Shown: positions 22,656-37,169 of the stretch, piece after piece
Position numbering within the stretch: position 1 is the first letter of the stretch
Layout of the letters: the number at the start of each line of letters is the position of its first letter
Origin: Narcine bancroftii
Taxonomy: Eukaryota
DNA length: 64,000 nucleotides
Direction: 5' to 3'
NCBI RefSeq assembly: GCF_036971445.1
Contig: NC_091476.1
Span: forward strand, 15,128,001-15,192,000
Notes under the pieces: generated by a model
What the model saw: the letters and a program-made list of their open reading frames with translations, nothing else
Told to the model about the DNA's origin: nothing
The model's database searches: none
Made by a program: the position numbers and the translations under genes

Positions 22656-25600
22656 ATTTGTAATTTAAATTTTTGTTTGGATAACTTATTTATGTGAATG
22701 ATGTCCTTTGTTTCTGATAATGGTTATTTATATAATCAATGGGGAATTACTCCATTTAGAGTCATAACTTTAAGCGAAATGGAACACTTTCTGAGGAAAG
22801 CGTCTGTGCATAAATGAATGAACGGTTCAACTACAATACATCTAACTCATTTGTGGGCAGGCTTGGATCCCTTGGACCTACAGTACCTTTGAAATTGTAT
22901 GGACAAATTTCGATTTGCCTTTATTGATTTGCTCATGGGTGTGGATGCTAGTTGCAAGAACACAATTAATGTCCTTCATGAGTTCATTCCTGAGGCAGGG
23001 AGTCATTTTAGTCGGCAGTTTAGAATTAATTACCTTGAGGGTCTAGATTTACCTCTAGGCCAGCCCAAATCAAGGTGCTAGATTTAGACTTTCTTTCCCT
23101 TCAGATATTATCAGGGACATATTTCGAGTAGATTCCAAAGAAGCATTGTCTAAAATCAGAAGGCAAGGGTTCAATGTAAGGGATAAGGGGGTTAGAGGGA
23201 ATCTGAGGAGAATTATTTTTCATTCAGGTTGGTGGGAACCTCAAACACTTCATGGAGTGGAGGCTGGTACCCTCATAGCATTATGAAGTATTTAGTCAAG
23301 AACATGAATTGCCAAGGCCTACACCTAATGATAATAATAGATTGATCAGAATGGATACCTGACGCCCACCTGGACCTGGATGGCCAAAGAGCTTATTTCT
23401 GTGCTCTCTGGTCAGCAAATCAGATGGGTTTTTACCATCGTCAGTAGTTTTATGTTTACTATTATTGAAGCCATTTAAACTTGCCCTTTTTTGACTAAAT
23501 TCAAAGATAAACTCCGGAGATAAAACAATGGGCAGCGCCTTTTGCAATTCACCCAAGTAACAAGGAAACTTTAATTCCTTATGTTTGAATAGGATATAAT
23601 TGTTTGGTTCAGTATAAATATAATAGAAAGTTTATTCTGGCTCTATTCAGTCCCAAGATAAGTTGTTTGCTGTGGATTAAACACAATCACTAAAATAAAG
23701 GGATCTCAACCTCAACTACAGATTCATGAATGTCTGAAAATCTTGTCTGATTGAATTGAAGATAAAATATGGATTTGTGCATTTTATATTACATTTTCAT
23801 AAATTTTATTGTTTCAAGAACACTATTCCTGATATTTTGTGTCAGTACAGTTCCGATTATTTCTATGGAACATGTGCCTCAAAAAATATTTTGCATCAAT
23901 AATATCATGGTTTAAACAATGCATATGGTTGAAATAGATTAGGTTGAAGTTCCTTAATTTGCAACAGTTCTCTTTAATGCAGTTCCCTATAAGTTAAATT
24001 ATTCAGTGGTTAAAACAATACTTTTACTTGGAATTGGTTTCCCATAATAACTGAAATTAGAAACCGAAAAAATTGTATACCTGAGAAGACTTTGTGTGGA
24101 TTGTTAATCTGTACTGTTTTCACTTTAAGATGGGATTGTCCATCAGTGACAAATGTCTGTTATATCCCCCCAAACCTCAAAGCTGCTTGCCAAGTTTCTG
24201 ACCGTTTACTAAATGTGCTTTGGCACCGTAACTTATGGTTTCCAGTAAATCAGGAGGAACTCCTCAAAGCAGTTCCAGTTTGAAGGGCCTATCACTTAGT
24301 TTCTCATTTTAAGAAACATGGCACCTGCATTTTAAAAGGAAGTCACATTGTATGCAGCTGGCATACAAAAAAAATAGTATTTTGTATATTATTATTCTGA
24401 ATGTTTTATGAAGATTTTTAACCCTTTGTCACCCTACATTGTTGGAAAAGGCAGCGGTTTCGAAGATGATTTTTGTTTTAACTTCCGTTTTCCATTTTAA
24501 TTTGCTCCATTCTATCCTTAATCTTGCTGGATTCTGACTTCAAGGAGAATGGAGATCTCCAATACGACTCCCAACAAAATATCATGAATGTTGGCTTCCT
24601 ACATTTTTCATTCTCTTTTGCAAATGCTCACCTTTATGTGGCTCAGCATGGTCCAAAGTTTAGCCACTGTGTATCTTCACATACATTGTCCACTTAAAAA
24701 CAATTCTTCACTTCACTCGCATTTATTCTCAAGAGTTTGATCTTCAATGGCACAGGAATCTTAGTCTTGCAACTCACCTTCTGGTAACTCGTCAATAGAC
24801 AGGATTTTATTTTAGCAAGATATAGGGTTAAAACTACCAACACATTCTCTCTCCCACAAAAACAAATGCAGACAAAAGATTAAGAGGAAAGGGCTATGGG
24901 AGGTTCCTTTTTCAGTAAAAGGAATTCAAAACATGTTTTTCTTCTTTTTTTAAAAACTTTTAAGTACTGATGCAGTTATCTGGAGTTTGGGGCTGCCTAA
25001 TTCTCAGTATTCGACATGTCCACTTTCTGATTATGGAGTGATTACAATCACTGACAAAAGTCACACTTACATGAGTCACATTAGAACATTTGGAAGTTTA
25101 AAAGGAGCATATTTGATGTTAGCGCTGATAAACAAATACGCCACTTTAGGAATTCCATGATGGCTATTCTGAAGTCTTATAATTCTTTAAGCAGATTTCT
25201 TCTTGTGTTTCTCATGGATTGTTTATTTTTCAGGAAGAGAATGAAGTTCATCAATAGGAGTTGTTACAAAAAAGTAGGCCAATTCAATATACTGGTATTT
25301 GTTTAACATGAAGAGCAACTTGGAGATATATGTATAGGGAGAGAGAGAAAGAGAGCCCTGCTCACATTATGAAATATCCCATTGCAGAAGTGAACGAAAT
25401 TGAATTAATACCAAACAACCTGGGATATTCTAGAACAGCATCAAAAAGGTTATTTTTATGAATCTCCTGAAAGAAGAGAGCGAGGAGGAGAGATTTAAGG
25501 ATGAAATTTCAGATGGGTGCTTCATTCTCAGAGATGAAAATATATTGCAAGGTTCGTATCATCTTGGACTTCTGTGCATTGAGTACTTGCACATAATCAG

Positions 25601-28600
25601 TGAGATATTGGCCAGCACCGCAGGGAATTACGGACAGCTGGGAGAAATCACCAGAGCCAAGGGCAGCAACAGAACACAATGCAAAGAGCCACAGATTCAA
25701 AATATTGCTTGAAATTCATTCCAACAGCTCTTCAATCCACTTTCTCTGGACAGTCTTATCCTGCTCATATTTCTCTTGCAACCAACTTTACAAGTTTTCC
25801 ATGAATTTCCACCAACCTTCTATCTCACTTGCCTTCAAGCATATCTTGGATTAACCAAATAGTCGGTTAGTCTTTCTTCTTTATAATTTTTTTTCTATCT
25901 CTATCAAAGTGGAACATTTTGAATTTTTCAACTGTTGTTGAATTATGGATCTTACAGAGCATTTTCCTGCTCTATGGCTAATCATCTAATGAGGCAAGAT
26001 GGAAAGATTGCCAATAGTTTGATTCTTGGTTGGCACCTTAACAGAAATCAATAGGAGAGTTGAAATTAGCAATGACCCTTAGTGAACAGTGGAGAAGAAA
26101 TCCCATCTGTGGCCTGCACTGGAAAGTGCCGAAGAGTTCACAGGTATGAGCAAACAGTGAAATCATTAAGACTTGGTGATGGGCAACACTGACTGTCTGA
26201 ATTTCAGAAATTGAGCCATGACATCTTTTAGGGAAATCTTTCAACACACCCAAGTGTAAACAGTTAACTTGTTTAGGTGGAGTGCATCACTCTTTCCTGT
26301 GTTACCTGCATGAATATTTATGAGATTTTTTTTTAAAATTTCATTATTTCAATGATGGCATTAGTTTCTTCATATTCACCAATGGTCAACAGTGGTGCAG
26401 CTATTTCTTGATGCTGCCTCACTGCTTCATATAACATCCTGGTCTTTCATTCCATTTGTATGGAGTTTACATATTGTTGCTCTGACCAGATGGAGCTTCC
26501 ACAGGTGTTTCAGCTTCTTTGCATATTTCAAAGACTTGTTGATTGTTAGATAATTTGTCTACTGGTGCAGGTGGATGGTGGCAGGATGAATTGAAAGCCA
26601 AGTGAGCAAGCACAGCCTTCTGGGGAAATAAGTGGGAGAACAGAAGAGATGAGATTGCTCAAAGAGCCAGTATAAACTCAAATAGCCTCCACATTACAAG
26701 AAAATATGAAACTATGAAAGGAAAATTACTGGGATTGCAGAATTTTGCTGCATATTGCTGGTGACAAGTTCCATTTTTTTTGGATTTTGAGATTTCAAAG
26801 TTTGGTTCAGAGTACAATTACTATGTTGATAACTTCTAAACTGGAGCACCTTTGGCAGTTTTCAACGTACACGTGATTATAAAAGCACAAATTAAAATAA
26901 AGAGGAGGTTGCACACACAATGCTGACCAAGAAGCCTGGTCAGTCTTGGATAACGTTGTTAATATTGCTGTCCCCAGTTGTTGAGTTTAGTCTATGTAAA
27001 TGATGGTGCCTTCAAAGACAGAATGAGTCGTTCAGATCTGGAATAGTAGTCTTAATTACATGCGATACAGTGTTGCCAGATGCACAAGGCATTCCTGTGA
27101 AGTGAATAAATGCAAAAGTTACAAACCTTTGCAGTGGCTTAATTTTACCATGGATAAATTTTTGAAAAAGCAATACCTGTACAACAGAAGTAAAATAAAT
27201 TTAGCCTACAGTTTTGTGTTTACTTTGTTTAGAAATGTGCAACGTTTTTTCGCAACCATCCAAGTTTTTCCTGCTTATCTGCACAGAGTTACGCCTTCTT
27301 GGATATGAAGGCATGAGTAGGGAGTATCTCTCATCCTCGTGAAGGGCTTGTAAGAGATTTGAGAAATAGCACAGATATGACATTTCTCTATAATAATTAG
27401 TACATTGGGAGTTTATGCTCATGTTTGTGTAACATGCACCAGTCCAAAATGGCATTTCAAAAAACATGAGAAAATAAATTCTTGTACATGCTTCTGATCC
27501 CAGATTCTGACCAAGAATTTTAAACAAGTCAACCATTAGATGTGAGAGCCTCAAATCTTCTATAAAAAAAAAAATTGGCCTGCAATTCCTCCCAAAAGTT
27601 GCCAGATCCATTTAAAGTCAGCTGTTTCTATCAGAGTTAAATGGGCTTCAAGTGTGTATGGTTAACTCCACTAACCACTGCCTGTTTCTGATCAAATCTG
27701 CCCTAAACATTTATAGCGTGAGAAAATGCAGCTTGGAGGTGGATACCATTCCAAGGAGACTCTTGGTGTTTCTTTTTAATATTTCACTGCAAGTGTTAGA
27801 ACATTTTTCTGCTGCTTTTAGCTCTGATTGATGTATTGTTCTATGTTCAAGAGACAACTTTCCAAACACTGGTATCTTTATTTTGATTTGTATTATGGAG
27901 TAGAGGAGGAAAATAAAGGTATAGAAAAGGCTATGTTGGTGATTCATAATTTTCACACTGCCGATTCCATGTGGGTTAACCAGCTAATTAAACGGGTCCG
28001 TTGCCGTTAATTATGTGAAGCATCCCATCCTGGCAGGGCAAGTTAAATTCAACTGGGCTCTGAAACTTGGTGGGGCAAGTGTCAGAGCTCAGCTTCACTA
28101 ATCACCTTCTGGCGGTGTGAAAGCACAACCTGCTCTCGCATTGCCACCGCCGAAAGCAGGACCCCTCTTAAAATGCTGGGTTGCCAATTAACCAGTGCAG
28201 TGGGAAAAGCTCCCGAGTGCAGCATGCCCAGTAAGTTTTCCTGCTTCCTAGGAAGGTTGGCAGTGTGAAAGGGGCTATGGACTGGCATCACATAGGGCTA
28301 CTCAACCGATAAACCTAAATGAGCTCATTCCACACAGTAGAATCTAAGGACACTGCATGATTGGTACCAAAGAAGCTCAATTAGTTAAAGCACTGCACAT
28401 CTACCTCTTGACCCCCTACATCCCCAAAGACCACATTCCCTGACAAGTTCTTTCAGAAAACCAAAAGTAAATAATGTCCTTGCCATCATCCAAGTGCAGA
28501 AAGTTGAAAGGGATTGACATGAGCTCAACAAATTAAGTGCTTGAATGCAATAAGTTGCACCAAATGTTTTGCTTTTGTTTTTTATTTCTTGTATAACGTG

Positions 28601-29096
28601 ATAACCTTCACATCAACTAACATGTTCCTAATCTGCCATTACGATGAATATCTTGCCTAAAATTTTGTTTAAATGCAAGGCAGATAAAAAGGTGATTTTT
28701 AAAAAAAAAGGTATGCCAAACTCATAAATTTTCAGGGTGTCAGCATTGATAGCAGTTACAGAAGGCTGACTAACTCACTGGGACACACCCTCCATGAGGA
28801 GAACTGTGTTGCTCGTTTCCAGGAAACAGAGTTTCAAAATTCCAAGCATTGGGTGCTGAGCTATCATATGTTCATGCAGTGGATGTAAAATGTACAATGA
28901 GCTGCTTTGGATATTATTGGGTATGTGGGTATTAACACAAGATCTGAAATAGTTGCTTCAGCCTTCAAAGGCATGAAGACCAACACACATACTCTTCATA
29001 ATCTAAGCATTATTTCACACATCAAGACATATAGAACAGATTTTCCCCTCAGTCACTAAAACATCTGCATTCGTTGTAGCTCTTGGGCATTGTACT

Positions 29097-29431
29097 CTAC
29101 CTCTGAATTTGCATTTCATTGGTTTATCGAGCTGAGTTTCAGAAACAGGATGCAACGTGCAACATTGACTATTTATGTGCACTTAGTAAACAACAATGTA
29201 TTTTAGCCTCTATACTTCCCTATTGTCATTGGAGCATGATGTATTCCATTTACTATGCTATTCTTTGCAAGGAATATAAATAAAACTGTTGTAATTACTC
29301 AAAATTGTTAAAATCAGTGGAATTTGTACCCTGCCTCTGAATTGGCATTTCTTTTAAGTTTATAGACCTGAGTTCAGAAGCAGGATGCAATGAGCAATGA
29401 TGACTATTTATGTGCATCTTGTAAACAACAA
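29097..29431 (+). repeat. Old diverged ~100-bp direct duplication (29097-29197 and 29331-29431)
   Basis: Both copies contain cctctgaatt.gcatttc...caggatgcaa...tgactatttatgtgca...gtaaacaacaat. Confidence 0.8.
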
Positions 29432-30099
29432 TCAAAATATTTAAACAATTAGATTAAGGACAAACCCTTGAATCTCTGAAAGTGCATCCCAAGTGCATTC
29501 AGGATGAACTGTAATGAAAGATCAGCTAGGTTCAAACTTATCTATTTACAAAGAGTGCATCATCTTTACCAGCTGCATGGGGTATTAGAAATTAAAGCAA
29601 ACAATGTTCGAAATACATAACCAAAATCTATAAAAAGATGGGTCTTGAAAGTGGAACTTAATATTACAATACAGATTTATTGACTGTATCTGAATATTAA
29701 ACTCTTAATATTTATGGATCCTGAAGAAAATATTTAATTTGTATATCTCCCATCTCTGAACTATCCCAATTTCCAGCATTGATGTCTTCATGTCCATATA
29801 AAATACTGAAATATATATGGAGTATATAGTTAATACATGGTCATCTGTTTAGGATAACATCTCAACCTGAAATATTTCACCCTTATCTCTGACTCCATGC
29901 CATCTTTGCACAATAAGTCTTGGCGCAACGAAGTGAGTCTTGTATTAATTTGGCATACACGCCAAATATGAAGCTCGATCATTAAAATTAAAAAGATCAA
30001 ACTTCTGCTTGGCCTGTTGCTTCAGCATCATTATGAAGCAGATTGCCCACTGCTATGTTTTGTGTTTTTGTCATCAAAGCAGTTAGGCTGACAATTAGA

Positions 30100-30490
30100 C
30101 AATTGTAAGCCGATTGGCCCATCGAGCCAGCACTGCCATTTATTGGATCATGGCTGATCTTTCTCTTTCAATAACCCATCCCAGCCTTATCCCCATAACC
30201 CTTAACTCTCCTGCCCACAACAGCCTTATCCAACTCTCTCTTAAATCTATCCAGTAAATCCACCCCCACTACCCTCTGTGGGGAAAGATTTAAAATGACC
30301 TGCTTCCAGATCTATGCAATTAATTGACAGAGGTACTGGTAAAGGTAAGAACAATTGAAATCTTTGAAAGTCATTTATATAGGTACTTAAGTAGGAAAGA
30401 TTTAGAGGGATATGGGCTGATTGTAGGCAAATAGAACAAGCTGGGCCAAAGAGCTTGCTTCCATTTTGTAAAGTTCTTTGACTCTATGGC
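30100..30490. mobile_element. Two CR1-type 3' end fragments in opposite orientations
   Basis: Minus ~30100-30290 (ttggcccatcgag..ccccataaccctt). Plus ~30340-30490 (tagagggatatggg..tatgact-like tail). Confidence 0.55.
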
Positions 30491-32504
30491 TTTGAAAGGG
30501 GAGTTGTTAGTCTGTTTATCAGTAGATGATAACAGTTGACAGTAAAGACTCCGTGAGGGAATGCTTAATTCTGTGGAACTCAAGGGGCAGAGAGTCTGTA
30601 GAAAATGATCTCTGAGAAGACTGATAGAGGAAGTCAAGGCTTTTTACTAAGAAACAGGATATCATCAATTGCACACAGAATTATTGCAACCCCTTTTGGA
30701 TTATCTTTTGTAACACTGATACTCTAATTTTTTTTAAAGATAATCTTTATCCAGATGTCATCATTTATTACCTTTGGAAGGACAATTTTTAAGAAAGATA
30801 ATTAGAAGTGAATATTTTCATTTGTTTCAACTTTAATAATAATTTGATCTATTTTACTGGGAACATCAATTTTTCCTAGCATTTTGTGAGTTTTAACTAC
30901 CAAGTCACAAGAATTTCTTCAGTTACCATTTAGCGATTCAAGCGATGAGAGACATTTTTAGATGTTGAAATTCCAATGAATTCCTCTCTCGTCTGATAAA
31001 AATCTGAAAAGTCCTGGAAAATTGTTCAACTCCTTTTTGCTTGTTCTTTCTGGACTTTTTGTTGCTACTCCTCTCAACTCATTGTGGCCAAGTGAGGGGA
31101 AAGCATATAAAACCATTTAATGTTTAAACCACAAGGACATTAATGATGTTCTGTTTCTGGTCAGAAATAGGGCCACCCAAATATCAATTAATAAATTACT
31201 TTATGAAAGCTTCAACAAAACTTATCTTCAATCAACATCAATATTTCTGCAAAATACATTTCAGGAACATTAGTTACTTTTCGATAAAATACTGGCTATT
31301 TAGCATAAATATATTTGAAGTGGCCTCTGCTATGGTTCATTGCATCCAAGTTAGAGAGGTGTGGATTCAAATCCAGTTCTTGAGACTAACTTAAAAATCT
31401 AATTCAGCACTGAAAGATTCCTATACTGCAAGGATGTATGTTTTCCCAATCAGAATATGTTAATAAATTTGTATAGAGAGATCTGCATTGAAATCCCTGG
31501 GATATTTAAATACAGTTTATAATATATTGAATTAAAAGGTGATACCAATCACAGTGATATTCAAACTGATGGACTGTTGTGAAATCCTATGTGGTTCACT
31601 AATATCCTTCATGAAAAGGGAATAAGAAAGATGTTTTATTTGGTTGTACATAGTCTTAATGCATGTGACTCTGGACTCATGGCATTGTGGTTGATTCTTA
31701 TTTACCGCAAAATAGCCAAACAAATAGTAGTCAGTAATTTAGTGGCTCACAAAAGTGATGTAGTATCACCTCTTCATGGGTAGTTTTGAATGGACAGGGC
31801 ATCACACATGCATCAATTAAAAATCCCAGTGAACTATTCGGAGAAGGGATGGTAAATTCTCCTTGGGACCCCTGGTACTGATGTCATCTTTGTCTGAAAT
31901 AAGATAGAATGCAAAGGATTATTGAACCAGACATGGATAAATTACTTATTCTCTGTCTCAAGGTTGCATGATTGCAGCACAAGAGCAATTTTGATCAAGC
32001 AACTTCTGCCTATTTCACAACCCTCCTGCTTAGGGAGAGCTTCGTAATGATGGAGGGGTTTAATATTACCCCTTTATACTATCACCCAAAATCAAAATTA
32101 ATCCCACATCTGTATCAACATGTGGAATAATAAAGTGTATGCATGCATATTTGGGTATATTGCAATGCAAGTTACTTCTTGTGCAGGGATTCTGACTCCA
32201 TTTTTTGGGTACTTTTACATGGTAGAACTTAATCGCATATTATGCTGCACTAAAATTATTTTCATATGCCATGTGTATGTCTAGACCACAGTTCTTTATG
32301 GAACAATTGACTGAGCCAGCCATTTTATTAGTCTTCTTGTAGGTCAATAACAAATTTTAGATTAATAAGTACTCTTGAAATAATTGCATTGCTTTTTTTC
32401 TTTTACTAATTTTTAGCTCTGTTATTATCTGTTTAACAGAAGCATTAATTAATTTGTTAAACAGCCTCATGATTAGTTTTAAAGCAGCTCAGCAGTTGAA
32501 GTAT

Positions 32505-32700
32505 TCTAATGCAATGTGCAAAAGTGCCAGAGAAACTAAGCAGATCACGCAGTATCTATAAAGAAGCAATGGATATATCTAAGGCTTTGCTCCTGAGCCT
32601 TTGTTATATGCTGGGTGACCTATGACCTGCTGAGTTTCTCCTGCATTTTTGTGTATTGCAGTACAATCCCAGCATCTGCAGACTTTCCAGTTTAACTCAA
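32505..32700. mobile_element. Penelope-derived foldback remnant
   Basis: gagaaactaagcagatca ... tgacctgctgagtttctc arms, ending ccagcatctgcagact. Confidence 0.6.
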
Positions 32701-33654
32701 GCTTTTAAATTTTGTTTTATGCTCCTCGAAATAAACATTGCTTACATTAATCAATGTTGTGGTTCATCAAACTTGATTCATGTAATGCATTTTGCAGACT
32801 AACCAATTGGAAATTTCAAATACCTGTAATCTGCTTCATTTGTTGCATTAGGTTTTTGTATATATTACAAAAGCATTTCTCTCCCCAATGAGAAATGAGC
32901 ATGTTATTTTCTTTAATGTAGCAAATTTATGATTTGAAAACTTCCTCTAACATTTGAACTGTGGTGTACTGAGGCCAATTGTGAAGATTGTGGAACAATC
33001 TGAGGTCACACACCTTAACATGTCTAGTTTAGGAATTCCACACAGATACTCCTCCTTTATAGAAAAGGTTTTGTTTTCAATTCCTAAACATAAAATACTG
33101 GTGTGTTCATTAATAACAATTTGGTGCTATTGATTCAAGGATTTAATAATGCTGGTTCATTACCTTTACCTTTTCACCATTCCAATATTTTAAGCTTGGT
33201 GTCATTCTTTTACTTTTAGTTTCCAAAGATTTTGAGTTACTTTATCAGAACAAGAATCTATTTTGCTCCTTCTAAAATTATTTCCTTCCAATATGTGCTT
33301 CAATGAACAATGACATGTTAATTACCTGATCAAGCTTAGATGATCGACAACACATATCTTTATGGCACATGCAATGATTCAGTAATTTGAGATTGGGCAC
33401 TGGGCCACTAATTGAAACCTGAAAGGTAATTTTATAATAATTGAAAGTTCAGTTTGATGGTGCAGCACTAGTAAATACCTGGTGGTTTACTTAGACTAAA
33501 AGTGAATGTCTGCCAGTAACTTGTTGTGCAATTGTTGTGAAATCTGTGTTGATGTAATATTCAGTTAAAATGGGCAGGCTAGGATTAGCATTTTTTTTAG
33601 TTCACTTCTCTTTTCCTGCAAAGTTGTTGAAATTCAGTGATCTCCTGCCACAAT

Positions 33655-33996
33655 CCTGATGAGGGCCAGCAAAAGCAGCCTCTATCCTCAAAGACCCCCA
33701 CCACCCAAGCCATGCCCTTTTCACTCTGCTACCATTGGGGAAAAGGTACAGAAGCCTAAAGATAAGTGCTCAGTTGCACAAGGACAGCTTCTTCCCCGCT
33801 GCCATCAGATTCCCAAATAATCAATGAACCAAAGACACTGCTTTACTTTTCATACACTATTGTTACTAGTTTTTAATTTTATTTTATATTTTATTGTAAT
33901 GTTATAAGATTATTATAATATGAATGTTTGCCCTACGATGCTGCCACAAAACACCAAATTTCATGACTTGTTCATGACAATGAATCCTGATTCTGA
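33655..33996 (+). mobile_element. Rex1/Babar-type LINE 3' end
   Basis: AASILKDPHHPSHALFTLLPLGKRYRSL...KDSFFPAAIR. Tail atgacaatgaatcctgattctga. Confidence 0.8.
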
Positions 33997-35942
33997 AAAG
34001 TATTACTGAACTGGCGTCAATCTGATTACTAATGGCCATGGAAATTTGCCTACATGCAAGGCAAAAGACATATAGACGTTAATTCACAGGTGTAAGCTTG
34101 TATTCGTGTAACAATCAAGTCTCAGTGAAGGTAACCATATCACAGGGCCAAATGCTCCACCACCATCAAGGGTCCAGGAAGATAACTGGATCCAGAAAAA
34201 TTAGGAACAATGGGTGGGAGGGTGGGTGGGTGGTGGAGGTAGGTTGACATTCAGCCTACTCCCTTATTTATGGACAACAAAAAGATTCTTGGTGCTGGAT
34301 GGCATTGGGAAAATCCATTTTTCTGTGTATGGAAAAAACAATTTTTGGATGCACATTTGAATAGAATGAGTGGTATGTCTGAAGAAATGCTTATTTCTTC
34401 GTATTCCATGCACAGTAGATGCCATCCACTGACCTGTGCTGAATGGCATCAATAGGGCATGGCTCTCATGTAACCACTGGAATTGCAACCTGATTAACAT
34501 TGATGTCCAACTCTTCACAATTGATTCATACTGAATTTTTTCTCATGTCCAAACAGTGTTAATGCCTCAGTCAATTATATATCTCATTGCCTCCCACAAA
34601 ATATTTCTTCAATTAGAGCATTGGAAAATATGAAATGGGATAAGAAGCCTGAAGCTGCCAAAACTGTATTAAATGCTTTTTTTTCCCCTAACATACAAGG
34701 AGAGTAATTGATAATTTGTTGAATTCATGTCAATCCTCAATATTTGCAAGTGTAATTTACATGAAGCAGAGTCTTACTGCAAATTTGAAATGATTTTAAC
34801 AGTGGAGATGTCTTGCATCGAGAAGTGCTCATTCTATACAAACAAGCACTCTTGAATTTTATCTGTCTTTGAGAATGAAGGTTTGATGACTGGCTCTGTA
34901 ATCGGGAGAAAGTTCCAAAGAGCTTTTAAATAATATGAGGAGTGCTGTTAAATACTTAGCAAGCCTGGCATCATCTGTGGATTAAATCATTAAAACGGTT
35001 TTCACTTCATTTATTTGAGTAATTGTTGGTCTAAAAAGTAAGGTCTGAAGAAAAATATGATTTGCATATGCTTTGTGAATTCATATCAAACATGCTGCAT
35101 GGTAATTTTCTGCACATTGTTCAAAGTTCTGCTTTGAATAGCAAGCAGGTGTTTCCAAAAGGTTCATGCAAATTTAAAACTCAAGGGGCTTGTCTGCTGG
35201 ATATGCAGGGTCCTGTTCATTAAAGGAATACAATTCCTTTGGTAATACACGTTCAACATGAGTTGGCCAGCTCAGTGTTGGCTCTTTGATTCATTCTTGC
35301 ATTAATCAATGTTGTGGTTCATCAAACTTAATTGATTCATGTAATTTTCCAAATGCTGGTAATCTTCTTCATTTGTTGTATTAGGTTTTTATATACGTAC
35401 TAATCTGATATCTTTTATCACTTAAAGAAATTACCATGTCACCTTTGTTATTTGATCTGATCTCCAAGCAATATTGAGAAACCTACTCTTGATAAATTTT
35501 AACATTTTTTTCTCTTCGGCAATAATGCTCAGACCGTATGGTTAAGCCATTGCCACAGCTGGAGCAAGGATGATTGAGGATGCAAACCCTGTTGAATCCA
35601 GAATGAACCTCCTCCAGAGTGTAATTAAACACCAGAAGTCAATAGGGGATCTAATTGGGGCCCTAAACAACTAATATTTACAATCATACTATATTTATTT
35701 TTCCACCTTAGATTACTCTGTAAATCAATCCTGGAACCAACATCCTTATTGGTAATTCCTTAAAGCTCCAAAATGGCAATATAATGATATAAACATTTGT
35801 GAAATTACATTGGATGGCATGAAGGCAAAGTTGTTAGCCCACATGCAATAAATATTTCTTGGAAGTATGCACAGGAGGGGGATCATCAAGTTATTTAGTG
35901 TACAACATTGAGTCAATACCACTGCTGCTGCTTTGAAGCTCA

Positions 35943-36266
35943 TCTTCTTCTTTGGCTTGGCTTCGCGGACGAAGATCTATGGGACGGGGGGGGGGGGGGG
36001 GGGTATGTCCACGTCAGCTGCAGGCTCGTTGGTGGCTGACAAGTCCGATGCGGGACAGGCAGACACGGTTGCAGCGGTTGCAAGGGAAAATTGGTGGGTT
36101 GAGGTTGGGTGTTGGGTTTTTCCTCCTTTGTCTTTTGTCAGTGAGGTGGGCTCTGCGGTCTTCTTCCAAAGAGGTTGCTGCCCGCCGAACTGTGAGGCGC
36201 CAAGATGCACGGTTGGAGGCAAGATCAGCCCACTGGTGGTGGTCAATGTGGCAGGCACCAAGAGCA
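35943..36266 (-). mobile_element. Short 5'-truncated copy of the same RTE LINE as 1351-2359
   Basis: Same 3' end with few mismatches. Exact 10-bp TSD TTGAAGCTCA at 35933-35942 and 36267-36276. Confidence 0.93.
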
Positions 36267-37169
36267 TTGAAGCTCAATGTACCAACTAACAAGCTGTTAA
36301 ACATGTTTATCCAAGCATATGCCAAACTGCAGTAAGGACTCTTAACCGTGCAGTTTTCTGAATCATTAATAACAAGTTAGTTGCTGGTTGAGCTTCTGGC
36401 TGCAGCCCCCCTAATTTCTTTCCAGTGACAAAAGACTAAAAGGAATAGTAAGGCAAGTGCTGAAGGTAATTTTGTTGATGTCTACACAACCTGGATTGAA
36501 GCTCAAGACAGGATTGGCATTATATTATAGCTAGTGAAAGAGGAATGGGAGAAGAACTCTCAGTGTAAGTTATTATTCACCCAGAAATTTCTATTTGAAC
36601 CTCCAGAAGGAATGATGCTTGAGTTTACTGGACTGCAATAAGGTGATCCTCACTGATATCTACCACCAGCACCATTGTCAACCGCAACCTCAGAGCAGGA
36701 CAAGTGTAGAATTGCAATGTGCTGGTCGCTGTCATGAATAATGACCAAGTTTCTTCTTTTCAAATTGAAGTTGGATATCTCTCAGTTTTCCATCCACTGT
36801 TAGGTAGAGATATTATCCACTCTCCATTCACATGAAAATGACTGCATGCCATTTTTTCTTGCCAAAGACTAATAGATTGTAGGACTTTCGATTTCTTCAT
36901 GGAGCAAGGTAGCACTGAGAACATGTACATTACATAACAGATGCAGCATGTCAATTCTGACACAAGCAAAAGTGAAATTCTATTATAACATTGTCTATCT
37001 TATGGACAACCTAAGAGAGTGCATGTTGGAGGTCACTCCTGGAATTGTTGCAACAGTCAAGGTGCTTTCGATAGGCAGTAGTTTCCAGTCCCATTTGTAT
37101 TTGATCCACAGCTGGTTCATCTCTATCCATCTATATGATTGATGACTGCAATATGAGAGCCGCAGTATA

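Noticed and set aside
25458-25854. ORFs of 84 aa as a nested gene
   Set aside because: No recognisable motif and no convincing splice signals.
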